Counted from the whole stretch's first letter, positions 50,595 to 63,700 are shown. The stretch is 63,789 nucleotides of DNA, filler included, from Choristocarpus tenellus KU-1152 (GCA_964200185.2; 12 parts of 12 records of this genome joined end to end with filler, not necessarily neighbours in it), one strand, 5' to 3'. Notes: generated by a model not told the origin, from the letters alone. Made by a program: numbers and translations.

Positions 50595-51346
50595 GATGCT
50601 GACAACCACAATAACAGCGCTAGAAGAGGAGATGGAAAGAAAAAGAGGAAGTGTCGGTAATTGTCACAATGTTCGTGCAGTCGTAAGTGTAGATAGTGGT
50701 GGTAGTGGTAGCAATTGTGGTACTGGTAGTAAGTAGTAGTGGTAACAATAGGAGTAGTGGTACACAAAACAGTACACGTTCACACACAAGATAGGGAATA
50801 AAATAAAACAATCAAACAGCAGGCATCACCATCATCACTGAGTGGGGTAGCTACAACACTACTTAATATGCTAACATAGCGCACACAAGTGCACGACTCG
50901 GTGCCAGATTTGGTGTCGTTTCAACAAATCCCCCTCCACCGAAATCTGCAGTATGTATGAGAAAATCCTCCTCTTGTTTCCTCTCACAGATTTCAATGAC
51001 CATTAATCAACTTCTACGAATTGTCACTCTGAGTCTCAATGAACCACTCTGAATCCAAATATCCTGTGTTTCATACGATGTCCAAGAGTAAGAGTAAATT
51101 GATAATCACTTTTTTTTAAATCTCAAATCCATTGTAAAAAATTTATCTCCGATTTTCTTTTTTGTTTTCAACGAATTATGTAATCCGCATACAACGTGCA
51201 AGTAGCAAATGGTGTGAAAGCCTGGAAGGAGGATCAACCGAGTGATAAATAATTGTTCATATCCACCCACTGGAAAGTACGAAGACCATGTCGCCCCCCA
51301 AAGCCCTCTTATTGTTGTGGTGAGGACACCAATCAACCCGAACACA

Positions 51347-51528
51347 GGCTCAAAGTATCTGGGGGGGGTGGCGGTTGTCCATTAGGGGCCCATTTTTCAA
51401 TATCGCCATTTTTGGTTGATTTGGTTGCATGGTCGGATGGATAATGTATATTCACTTCTCCTGGTCAGGATCCGAATGGACACACACGCTGGTATAGACC
51501 CCCCTCCCCCCCTCAGATACTTAGGTCC
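51347..51528. mobile_element. MITE family A, complete, TSD ACA
   Basis: ACA|GGCTCAAAGTATCTGGGGGG ... CAGATACTTAGGTCC|ACA. Confidence 0.85.
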
Positions 51529-54500
51529 ACAAAATAAACTCTAAGTCAATCATTTCTTCTCTCAAGGAGAATAAGTATTTAGTAAGGGCGCCATGGAGGG
51601 AAGTATGTATGGCTATGAACTCAGCTAGTTAGGTGATGACGGCACATACACAATATTCTCTATATGTAAGATTATGTTACAACTATTAGTAGGAGAAAAT
51701 ATGCTAGTCCTCAAACCTGCTTGGGGGTTTGGTACTCTATTCGTTCTTGCTGACTGCTTCCTCGTCGACCAACTACACCCAAAAAGAGAATAGTCATATC
51801 CAACTTTTTGTGAACGCCTTCAAGTACATCTGGACATAGTATGATACTACATAATAGTGACTATCTTCTCTACCTGGCTCAAAGTATCTGGGAGGGGGTG
51901 GCGGCTGTCCATTTGGNNNNNNNNNNNNNNNNNNNNNNNNNNNNNNNNNNNNNNNNNNNNTTAATTAATTAANNNNNNNNNNNNNNNNNNNNNNNNNNNN
52001 NNNNNNNNNNNNNNNNGGGTGGTGGGGGTGTTTGGGGCGGGAGAGTCGGGCGCGAGTTATTTCTCCGGCCTTGGCGGCGGCTCTAGTGCCGAGGACGCTT
52101 CTGTCTTCTGCTCCACCAGCACAAAGCACATGCTCACAGTGTTTTTACGGCTGCCACCTCATGGTGCCTTGTTGTGTTACACACATTGCAGTTAACCCGT
52201 AGGCTTTTCCGTCCATAGTTGTTGTCTAAATATGAGGATGAGTTTTGTCTAGCATTTCACAGTCTGTTGCACTGAGGTGGCCTGTGTGCTCTCTTGTTGT
52301 TCATGGCATGCGCGTTCTTTGTTGAATTGTGTCTCAGCAGAGCAAGTATCATATTTTTATGTTATTGTTAGTGTGTGTATGTGTGTTGACTATGTGCCTT
52401 CAAATATAGCAAATGAATGACAGCTAAGGTTGTACTGTATGTACCAGGATTATTGCACTCATAATGCAGCAGACATTACAACAGCAAGTAACTACCAAGC
52501 TGTAGTAATAATACGATTTCCTTGTCAATCCTTGTCAAGCAGTAAAAGTTGCTTCTTGTGCTGCACGGACCCAAGACCTTGTACAGACTAAACAACTATT
52601 GTTCGACTTAGAAGGTCACAATGAAGGGTTTGTGATGTGATTTGGAAACTTCCCTCTCTCCCCTCCTTGTGTTCTACTGCTATTATATCAAACCATACCC
52701 ACCTTCTACCACTACTACTACTACTAAAATACTCCAGAGTAGGTAGATCGATACCATTTTTCTGCCAGCACTTTGAAGTAGAGGTGTAGTTGACTCAACT
52801 TTCTACTCTGGATTGTGGTCCTAGCAAAAGGTGATGCATATTGCATCAAGGTTCTACTGCCACTATAGCTTGGCATATTGAGCAAGCCCTCTTCCGAACT
52901 CATCAGTTGAGTATTTTATTGTTCTTTGATTCAACTGCAAATAGAAACAGTGTTGCAGCTTTCTACCTGTCTTCCAAAGGAGAAAAAGGAAAACCCATAC
53001 ACCATTATCGAACAGACAAAACTTGGGAAAAGGCATACATACCTGTAAGTGACGGTGTCTTGAAACATACGAAGTATTCATTCACGTCTTGTCATTACTG
53101 CAATGAATCTAACAACTTCAAAGCATGATTCAAAGGAAGTCATTTCCTCCCTCAACTGATGGTATACAATTGGTAATACAGACCAGTCTCCTCCGTACCC
53201 ACTTTTAATCACTTACTACTGAACCAACACCAACCCACAAGCAATGAAGCAGTAAGTGTGTTGGGAGGCTAGTACTACTATTGTAGCTCAATTTTGCTGC
53301 CAGGGAGATTGGAGATGCCCAGTATGGTATGCTCTGCCTTATGGTCAAATTCAAAAACAGTTCTAGTATTTTGCCTCCTGCCAACAATTCTAGTGTCTAG
53401 TATTGCGTCCATACATCAAGCATATTATACACAAGACCATTGTTCTTAAAGAGTGAACGTAATGGTTGGGGGTGGGGTGGCGTTTTACACTTCAGGTCAA
53501 GAGTTCTTTTTCAGCTTTGTCTAAAGAAGTTAAAAGGTCTGCGGCAAAGGGCGCTGGCAAGGAGAGTTAGCTTCTGGTAACTGGATGTACTGACAAAGCA
53601 GTCAAGATGCACTTCACAACTGCAGATAGTGCTCCAAGAACATGTGCCACCAAAAAGCCAGAGGGGTCCTGAAAACTCTGTGGTATGCTCCTCTGTGTTA
53701 ACTTCACTAAAGAGACGACAACATCTCACGTCTGATGTGGAATTGTGTACCATGAGTAAACAAATGCATGCATCAATGTAAACTTGCGAATGGCACTAAC
53801 ATGTTGCAAATGCTGCAGTCCTTGCCGCAGCTCTTTACACAAACGTAGACGTTCGTAGGATAACCAGAGCAATATCTATGTTGGTGTACTATCCAATGTG
53901 TCCTGGTGTGGGTTAGGAGGATACATGAGGCTAAACAAGAGTAGGTGCAACATAAAACAGTTTCGAAGTAATATTCAGCATATAGATCGCTGGTAAATGA
54001 CTTTTCTAGAAGTGACAAGGACAACAGGTGTACAAATACTTTTAAAAAAGCAAGCGGATCCCCCTCCTGATGAATGCAACACAAGTAACAGGTACGGAAA
54101 ACAAAAGGGACTCGACAATGTTGTAGTCCTTGACAGTGTATACAGTAATGTGTGATGTGATGTAGCCCTCATTTGTCTCTGGGTGGGTCACCAACACCTC
54201 AAAGTTTATTGATTGGTACAAGAACACACACACACACACACACACATTGTGGAAGCGAATTGGTGTGAAAAACGTATGAGCACAAATACAGATGCAGATC
54301 TGCATAATTCCATTTTTTTTCTTTCTGCTACTGGGATACAATACACTCATGCAATACGAGTATTTCCACTTGAAATTCAAAGTTTGTATCATAGCATTTA
54401 GCTGCAATAACTCAGGTCACATTAATTTGCAAAAAACGGCATTACAGCATCACCCAGCAGTAGACACATCAGCACTTAGACTCGTGCAATAACATTGCAC

Positions 54501-54900
54501 CTACAGACAATAACAAAAAGGAAAAGTTAAAGTTACCACATGCATTCTATATTCATTATCCACCATTGAAAAACTGGAGCAATGCTCAGCTGTCGGAATC
54601 GACTGCAAGAACTCTCTCGTCAAAATAAAAATTCAATATGTCCTCTTTTTGTGTCCAAGCTTGGGCGAGCTCGCCTGCGCACACAAGTTGCACCCCCAGA
54701 CACGCAATAACCAATCGCAACACAAACTCCACTCCATACACACACACTCATCCAGACCATACCAATTTTAGAGATAAACAAGGGAGACGCAGACAGAGTA
54801 ACACAAAACCAACACAAAATCGCATCAAACACAGAGTTATGGTTTTTCATGAAATTTTCAATTCACTGCCAGATCTTCCCTCGCCCCAGCACGTCCTAAT

Positions 54901-55797
54901 TTAGCAGGTATCAGATGTATCACCATTGTCATTGCCGAAACATGGCGTGTCTTTGAGATCCCAGATAGCCAGTGACGGATTGGTTTTTCCCTGCCTCTGA
55001 CGATACGAAACCTCGGCAATTTTTGCCTGTGAAAAGAGTTGCCACAACCCCGAGATGAAGAGATGCAAGGGAGAAGATGAGGAATGTAAAGGCAAATAAG
55101 GGGTGACCATGGTAGTGGTGTGGGAGTGGAACCCAATGAAGAAGACGGGTGGCACGTTGCTCGCTAGAAAAGGGTAGGACGTGGGTAGAATTGAGGGAAG
55201 GTCGACGGCGAAACCGTAGCACGGGAGTCTCATCAAAGGAACGAATGAAAAGAAACCCAAAGGGGCTTTGTCGCAACATTCACTTGCATTCTACCATGGT
55301 ATCTCGCATAAACTTTGTCGAAGTTGTCTTGTCTTTGGGCTTGACAATTTCGGCAATGGAGGAAACTTTAAAGGGTGTCTGCACATTGCGGAGGAATTGT
55401 TTGCATCAGCTTCCATATATCCAACTTAAACTTTCCACCAACTTCACCATCAGTAAGACGAGCACAAGTTCCTTCCTCTCACCTTGGCTTCCTCCTCATC
55501 GGAGAGAAACTTGGCAGTCATGCAGGTCTTGAAATCACCCCACTCTTCCGTGCAGTTGGAATACTTTCCCTCACGGTAGAAATGGGTCGCCTGGCTAACA
55601 GGAGCTGAGGGGGCGGCATGGTTCATTGCAAAAAGACATTGAAACGTGAGTCTTGAGATGTTGCCATGAGTTTCTAAATGGGAAAGCATGGCTGAAGGTA
55701 GACTGTGCGAAGAGCACCAACACTGGACCTCACATAAACATGAGAAGAAGAAGTCCAGATTATACCAGCAATTCACCACACTATTTGGCTGCGGCAT
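54901..55797 (-). CDS. Small twin-CX9C protein of the EMI1/DUF3128 type, complete, 3 exons (55734-55797, 55483-55604, 54901-55026; 312 nt, 103 aa)
   Basis: The spliced protein is MPQPNSVVNCWYNLDFFFSCLSPVSQATHFYREGKYSNCTEEWGDFKTCMTAKFLSDEEEAKAKIAEVSYRQRQGKTNPSLAIWDLKDTPCFGNDNGDTSDTC*. It has two CX9C motifs, Q...YR.G...C...W.DF..CM and a C-terminal S..IW.L..P, as in Emi1. All junctions are GT-AG and in phase. Confidence 0.8.
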
Positions 55798-58700
55798 GGG
55801 TACGTTCAGCTGGTGTCCAGTCACCGTTCCAACAACAGGTTACCCGTTACCCTATCTCGATGTGGATCTTATATATCATGGCTGGCGTTTGCTGTCAAGT
55901 GTAACCGATCTTTTGTGATCGGGTCAGTTACTCTTCCCACCTCACCCTCTTCCGTCCACCTCAACCTCAGCTACTGTCTCACCTCCTCTCGCCAATTTCT
56001 CTTCGCCACTATGGAAAGAGTCCGCGCACCTCGCTACTGTAGCTGTCCGTCAGTCTTCACCCAGAAACTTACTACGAGCTAGGGAGAGCACGAGGGGTTA
56101 CTCAGCTCCCAGCACCCGGCACCCAGCACCCAGCGAGACTAGCAGGTATCAGGTCTCACTATGTTGCGAAGCTCAGAGCACGCTATTATTTTTGTGTAGC
56201 GCCAATGACTGACTAGTAGGAATGAGGGACTTGGAAGTTGAGGAAGGCAAAAACGCAGGAAGCACTCATCATGCCCTTTCTCCCCTCACGCATCACCCTC
56301 TCGCTCGCTCGTTATTGGTCGGAGTGATGTGTAACACTAAACCTCAAAAGTGTGACAGGTGTGCCAAGGCAACCCTCTTTCCGTGGTAACCAAGTCTGCA
56401 TAATGCCCCTATTCTCAGAAGAGCCGATATTATATGAGTATTGTTCAAAGACGATAACGACCAGGGGAAGGGCGAGCATTGCAATGATGAAGGAGATGGC
56501 GAAGGAAGAGGTAAGTACGAAGTAAGGATGAGGGCGGTGGTGAAGAAGGCAAAGACGAAGGTGACCAAGACGTCGAAGAAGAGGGCAAAAGTGAAGGCTA
56601 AGGTGAAGGTAGCTCTGGCGACAGCAGCGAAAACCATGGCGGCTGTGGGAAGGACCAGATTCCTTTTGCAGGTGTAGCAATGATAATGGTGGAGTTGGTG
56701 AGATAGTGGCTCCGCCATCAGCAGCATATCCACCGGGAAGATGATGAGAATTCCGCTTTTCTCAGGTAGCGGGTGTTCCTCAAAGAGGACAAAGGAAACA
56801 GGTGATACGATAGGCAATAGTGGAGGTGAAGGTGACCGCGTTAGTGGATTATTCGACCAGTAACATACACAGTACGAAAAAGGGCCACAGTTTCGTCTGA
56901 TGGTGGTCCTCCACATGAGAAGTCAAACTTGCGTGATGATGTGTGCCATAATGGAGGAAACCAAAGAAAATACAATGGTTGAAGCCCCGGCCAAGATCCC
57001 ACAACCTATGCGGTGAAGGAGAGCTCTTTCTGAGGATGCAAAATGTCACTTTTTGAAAGACTTCATCCAAGCGTGTTAGGAGGCATGTTCCGGGCATTTT
57101 GGAAACAGTTGTCTCTCCTTTGATCCAAGACCACAGCTTTGTCTTGCCTAAACAAAGTGAGATACTCCACAGTAAAAAGAAATTAGTCTCTCCACCTGGT
57201 TGTTCCTCTACTCACACACCAATGATTTACCCTCAACGCTGTCGTTTACCCTAAACGTTCAGTCATATTTGACATATATGCAACGGACCTTATCCACTAC
57301 AAGGATTGGGCCCTTTTGATTCATTCTATTATAGTGTCCGTTGTCCAGGCAATGTTTGGGGCTCAGTTGCTTTAAAACATCCATCGCTCATTTAACACTG
57401 GAGGAGTCTGTCACAAACAACGTTACTGTCAAGAGCAGCATTATTTGGTTCCTTTTGCTAAAAACCTGTTCACAAAAATGATTCCTTCTGTACAGATATT
57501 TCTTCCACATTTCAATTCGATGTTTTGAAACAGAAAAGGTGGAAATTACTTCCTCCTAGTAGAGACAATTCGCAGAAGAAAGAATAAATAGTACAAAATA
57601 TACATCCATTGTACTCAATCATCATAGTGTACGTTGTAGGGTAAAAGCTTGGGTCCAGTTATTTGCTCCATATCATCCGTTGTCTATCAAACAATCAAGA
57701 TATATTTGCTTCGTACAAAATATCCATTGTCCTGGATGACGCTTTGGTCCATTTTCTCAGTTTCGTCAGTTGTTGGTAAATGATTGAATATTTGCGATCT
57801 GTATCGTTTCAATGTCGAGGATCTCGATTGTGGCCATCTTTTTCTTGGAATTGTGGAGTATCCAGAGAGTCCAAAAATGATGGTCTAGACTTTAGAGGAG
57901 AGGATTTCACACAAAAAGAGGCGATTACAAGTAGTCACGACAATATTGACGGTTTTAGGAACATATACTGCGAAGTATTTGCATAAAGACTAATGCATAG
58001 GGTCAAAGTATCTTGGGGGGGNNNNNNNNNNNNNNNNNNNNNNNNNNNNNNNNNNNNNNNNNNNNTTAATTAATTAANNNNNNNNNNNNNNNNNNNNNNN
58101 NNNNNNNNNNNNNNNNNNNNNGCACGAATGGACAACACCCCCCCCCCCCCCCAAATACTTTGAATCAGAGGATAAAGTCCCTGCAGGTTGAGCGGTTACG
58201 CAAAACTGAAAATTATTGTGGACGCTTATCTGTACTTTGTTGCCGTTCCAGCTGAAAGGGATGTATATATGGGGCGATGTAAAATCAACTGTCTGCACGC
58301 ATATATTGTGTAGAATATTCCCATGGAGCCCTTGGAGAAATTCAACCTACCCTTCAATAATTGTGGGTCGTGATACCCACCAACCGCTACACGCAATTGA
58401 CATTCTTGAACATACACCGTGGCACATCTTTGTATATATCCTGTGCCGTGCCCTATATATAAACACCCAAGAATATGAGGTGTGTGATGTCTTAGAACTC
58501 CCAAAGGCTCAGCAAGTACGAGGAATGCATTGTTTAGGGGTACTTGACTTTGCTTGCAACTGATGGTACACACTTGGCAGGCGAGTATCCCTCGAGGATT
58601 TAAGTATGTCTGTTTTACTTTGCAATCAGTACCTTCAGCGACATATATTGCTTGTTGAGAATAATTGTATGTTCTTTATCAATCTGCTAACATTTTCTTT

Positions 58701-59823
58701 TCCCACAGTGCCTCTTAAAATGTGAGGTGGGAGTGGGATTTCGAGCAATCGTTCCAGCAACAAATTATTTTGTCTGAAACGAAATTCCCGTACCTCGAAG
58801 TGTACAGAGTGAGGGCGTCATTCAATATAATTCTGTGGGCCCATGGGGGTAAGGACTTCACTCAATCAGACCTTTGATGCATGGAAAAAAATCGATGATG
58901 GGAGATCTGCTGGATCCATACTCTCATCAACGCAAACAAAAGGACGAAAGTAGAAGTATGGTCTATGCTCCCCTTATGTTGGTGCGTTCATAACAATGAT
59001 TAGGCCTGGCTCAGATGAACATGTATGAACTAGGCGTAGATGATGCTCTCTTATTGTATTATGGATGTCCATTGAAATGATACGCTATTGTGTGTTTGGG
59101 TCCCTGCACCTCATGTTGCAATCAGTCCATTGCATCTTGTCTGCAGAACTATAAATCATACATATATATATATACATACGCGGTTTTCATGTACAACATC
59201 AACCTTCAAAGTATAGCGAACAGGATATTCTAAACTACAGATAATTGAAGGCATCGCAGTCCTGGGCCCTGCCACACACATTTTCAAATCAAATATGTAT
59301 ATATCCTTCTGGAACACCCATCCCATCAATTATGATTTGGTAAGACAGCACGCACAAGGGAAGGGGTGGTAGTGATGTGTACAAGTATGATGATGCTTCC
59401 AAATATCTACCAGTTGATGTCTATTATACAACAGTAGTGTCAATAAGATAGATAATAGTTCTAATGTATATTTCAAGTATGATTGGTGTATCAGAACATG
59501 TACTATTGGACGCAACACAAATTGTAGTAATTTAGCTGGTATGTTTCTTCTTGGGCACTCCATGACATCTTCAAAATAATATACCTAAAATGAGCAGATC
59601 AGGGTTAAAAGTTGAAGGAAAAACTACAAATGGAAGGGTCATAAATGTTGAATAAAAAAAGATGAGTGTAAGTAACATCGATCAGATTATTTACGTTGTT
59701 CTCGATTATATTCGAACCATGTGCAAGGCGCGTTTCGCAAGGTGGAGCGCTGAGTGTCTCCCAACGCAAGGAGGCAAAAGGTACTCAAGGTGATGAGAAC
59801 CCCGCCAGAGGGTTTTTGCTTTT

Positions 59824-60005
59824 GACCCAAAGCATTTAAGAAGGTAGGAGTTTTGCCCTCTTTGTCTGTTCGGGGCTTGGCTTCCCGTGTTTTTTTTATG
59901 CCCCTTTTCGGTTTTCTGTGTGAACATAGTTACCTAAAATGTATACGACTATGAAAGGTGTGTCCTGAGCAAGGATATTGACACTTGCTAACAAACACTA
60001 TAGCC
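59824..60005. mobile_element. MITE family B, truncated copy (same subfamily as 8974-9229)
   Basis: GACCCAAAGCATTTAAGAAGGTAGGAGTTTTGCCC...GGTGTGTCCTGAGCAAGGATATTGACAC. Confidence 0.7.
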
Positions 60006-60129
60006 AATTCTTTCACCCACTACTGGATACACTTTGATGCGATGTCTCAGAGACCTTCTTTTCATGTACTATTAGTACGCGTGTGTATAGGTACACATTG
60101 TTCCTCCTTCACCTGGGTCACCCTGCTCA

Positions 60130-60900
60130 TTTTTAGGTGGCAATGTTCCTAGGTGTTGAAAACATTGCATTCTGAGTCTTGCTGTGTTTCAAGAATGTCC
60201 AAAATGCTGGAAGTAAGTTTGCCTGGCACGGAAGTTTTGAACTCCTTTCCCTCCTCCATATGATCGAGTGTGTTGTTGTAAGCTCCGTTGTGCATATCAA
60301 TTGAGGGAAACCCTCCTCCTGTGACCTTGAAGGTATCAACCTCCACATGGGTTGCTTCCTCCATGAGCCCCCTGATCGTGCAGTATGTGTTCCAATATCC
60401 CATCACCAGGTGAACTCCCCCCACACATTCCAAGGGAAGCTCTTACGAACCCCTTTTATGCTTTATGCCATTTATGGGAGGGCTGCCCAGCTCATTTTGG
60501 ATAGTATGTGAACATGGACTTGGTTCCACCAAGGGGCTATTCTATGCCTCCTGTGCTGTGTGCTCCTCCTTCACAATATCCAGAGCTTTCCACTCCATAT
60601 GCCTACAAAAAGTCTTCATTGTACTCCTCCCTTCTTCACAATATCTAGATTTTCCAACTCCTTATGCCTATAAATTGGGTTCACTATGCTCCCCCTATAG
60701 ATACCGGAAGGATTTTGGTTGTGTAGTTCAGATAAGCAACCAGGAACCGCTTCCACCTAGACCCTCAAAGCTGCCTATTCTTACCCTCTGAGTATTGTGC
60801 AGTATTCCTCTTTGTACCAAAATGGTCCACAGAATGAGAAAATATCACTCTTCTTTGTGCCTGGGCATACAGCATTTTTCGCTTCCCAATATTCAGGGCT
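60130..60900 (-). mobile_element. Decayed Ty3/gypsy integrase remnant
   Basis: ...DMHNGAYNNTLDH resembles the gypsy integrase motif W...L....FAYNN..H. Frameshifted. Confidence 0.35.
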
Positions 60901-61045
60901 CGTATGTTTGAAGGCGCTGCAGGCTCAAAGTATTTGTAGGGGGGGNNNNNNNNNNNNNNNNNNNNNNNNNNNNNNNNNNNNNNNNNNNNTTAATTAATTA
61001 ANNNNNNNNNNNNNNNNNNNNNNNNNNNNNNNNNNNNNNNNNNNN

Positions 61046-61905
61046 GTGAAAGAGTTCAGTCCGGTGATTGTGATTGCCCCCTTGAGCAAAAAAGAACTTG
61101 GCACCTTTGACACTTTCACATATCACATAATAATGTATATACATTAGATGAAATTTATATTTCAATCCGTTCAATATCTGTGTACCTTCATCAATTTCTC
61201 TCTTTTTTGAAGTGAAATATTGATTTCTAGAGGTTTGAACACATATTTCAAAACGAACAGTTTTTGGAACCAACACCATAACTACCCAAAAAACTTACAT
61301 TCACCCACAACATTTTCCCGCTTCACAAGAAATTATGACGAATGTTAATGTAACAGAAGGTATATTTTATTGTTGACTTGAGAGTAGAAGTATTGTTGCT
61401 GATGTATAGTATATTTTATGCTTTTTTTATTGACAAGTTATCCATTTTTTTTATGTAGAGGGGGTGTATTTCTATAAGTGTAAGTATAAGTGGGACAGGT
61501 TCCTTTTTGGGGATCTCCGACACACACAATATGCATAAGACGCGCGGTCATATACAATTACAAGCGCCAACAACGTCATTTGAGCTCATCCATACCGACC
61601 AGTCCAATAAACCAACCACACCCATAAGATCCAGATTTGACCAAACATCCAAAATGGACTATCAGAACGAAGAACCATTCCGATTCTGATTGATCCATCA
61701 CTTTGCTGTGACGTTGCTCAGTCAGTCAGGAACATCTGTTGTGTTTTAAGGTTTTTGGTCTGTACTGGATTTCCTCATCTGTTCTGAGATGTTGAGCCAA
61801 GACCTTTGAAACTCGGTCTCACCCTCTGAGGTGAAGGAGTTTCAGTCCGGTGATTGTGATTTCCCCCTTGAGCAGAGAACTTGGCACCTTTGACACTTCC
61901 ACATA
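61046..61905 (+). repeat. Two ~75-bp imperfect direct repeats (61046-61121 and ~61831-61905), probably the 3' ends of two related LTRs
   Basis: GTGAA(A/G)GAGTT(T)CAGTCCGGTGATTGTGATT(G/T)CCCCCTTGAGCA...GAACTTGGCACCTTTGACACTT(T/C)CACA occurs twice and ends in CA. Confidence 0.65.
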
Positions 61906-62703
61906 AGAGAGGGTAGGGACAAACGAAACCCCCCCTTCTTATCTCCCGATCCTCTCTTACTACATATAAGAGCGCTTTTCTCTTAAACCGAGGGATTGTG
62001 ATAAGAGAAACCTATGTTATATCGACCAACAATGTTCGTACACACTTTATACTTATCCCCAAACGACGACAGAGCGACGCCCTTGCTGTATATGATTCCC
62101 GTGTGCCTTCAAGAGTAGTTACATGTAGATATGTATTTAGCATTGCCCTTAGTGAGCCCATTTCAATGAAGCTGTGGTGATGCAGCAAGCACCACATCTA
62201 CACCACCCCTGTACAGTATGCCAGTGCCATACGTATACAGTGCTGTAACTTTGGTAAATTACACCCATCACGATGCATTCACTCATATGTATAGTGCATC
62301 TTCCCAAGAAAGGCATCCGCAAGCCTTTGGATGGCTGGGCAGATGGCTCACAGTTCAAATCAAATCAATGTTCAAAGCCGATCTCCCTCTGATGCCCTGC
62401 CCTACGTATTCAATTGCACTCTAGAAGGATAATGTACAGTATCAAAAACGCCACCATGAATGAAATGCAGCTGCACGACCATGCACCCCCCATTGCACGC
62501 ACTGAGTAAAACAACTTACTCGCTAATTAAAAATCCGCAACTGCCACAAAAATCACGGATGTCCGCTTGTTTGATTGCCCTTGCCTTTATTGTCCTGAGC
62601 CAAGCCAGCTTTGCTTTCTGGAGATGGTGCTGTCAAGATTATGCGTGTCCATATGTGAGAATAACATAAGATTCTAAGTCATCTTGGATGTACGCACAAA
62701 TGA

Positions 62704-63700
62704 TGTTGCGGGGCTTTCGAGATATTTCTATGGGGTATTTGATTAGACAAAGTTCCTGTGGAATGTTAGAGTAGGAGTGTTTCAGAAGTGTTGTAGAGAA
62801 CTGTTGGGTCATTTGGTATCGTGAATTACTTGCTGTAAGGTTTGGTGTACCCCATCTGATGATGGTGTCTCACTCTCTTCTCAACTCTGCAGATGCAAGC
62901 TATTAAACAACGATATATATCAACTGGTTGTGTGGGACAACAGATCGTCAAGAACAGCTTAACATGCAATAGCACTTTTAAAGCGTGCTTGTGTAGTTAT
63001 TATATTTGGACTTTACTAACACTGGGAAGGGAATCAAGTCAAAGAAGATGATGCCCAGATCAAGATTTGATTCAAGTCTGAACTCCATTGATGACGGAGT
63101 TGAAGAACCATCAATGGCCACTTGGGGGGGGGAGATTCAGGATGGGACATCAGCCGTGCAAGGGGGCAGGGTTGGGGGTAGGGCTAGAGATACAGTAGCC
63201 GTGGGGGCTAGACCCGTATTGGCACACAAGCTAAAGCAATATTCCTCGAAGCAACCTGTGTTCAAGGGGGAATCAGAAACTTGGAGGAAGTGGATTAGAA
63301 CATTCCTTACTCATGCTCTCTCATTGGGATGGAGGCAGCCACTGGTAACGAATGGACACCTGAGGGTATTGTCATTGGAATATTCCCCAGCTGGTATAGA
63401 CCCGTACCTTCATCAAGCGATGACATACGCGATCAATGGACTTCAAGAGGCTACAGCTGGACCTGCCTTGGATATTGTTGTTACATACAAATCTCTGAGT
63501 GAAGTATTCACCGCATTCATCAAGAATTACGCCCATTCTGGGCAAACTAAGAGAAATATTGTGAAACAGCAATTGATGGAGATGGTGCTGGAACCTGGGG
63601 GAGATCCTGCTGATATCATAAACCGGCAGGAGGCTCTTATCAGAACCTTTTACTAGTGATTAGTTGAATGATAATTTTTCTCATAAAAAAGGAAATATTT
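62704..63700 (+). mobile_element. Ty1/copia LTR retrotransposon 5' end: putative LTR (~62704-62924), PBS-like TGGTTGTG, gag ORF 63006-63656 with premature stop
   Basis: The gag has the copia pattern PVFKGESETWRKW..TF...A...G...; ALDIV......EVF..F...Y.........KQQL..MVLEPGGDP. The putative LTR begins TGTTG and ends CAAC before TGGTTGTG. Confidence 0.75.
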
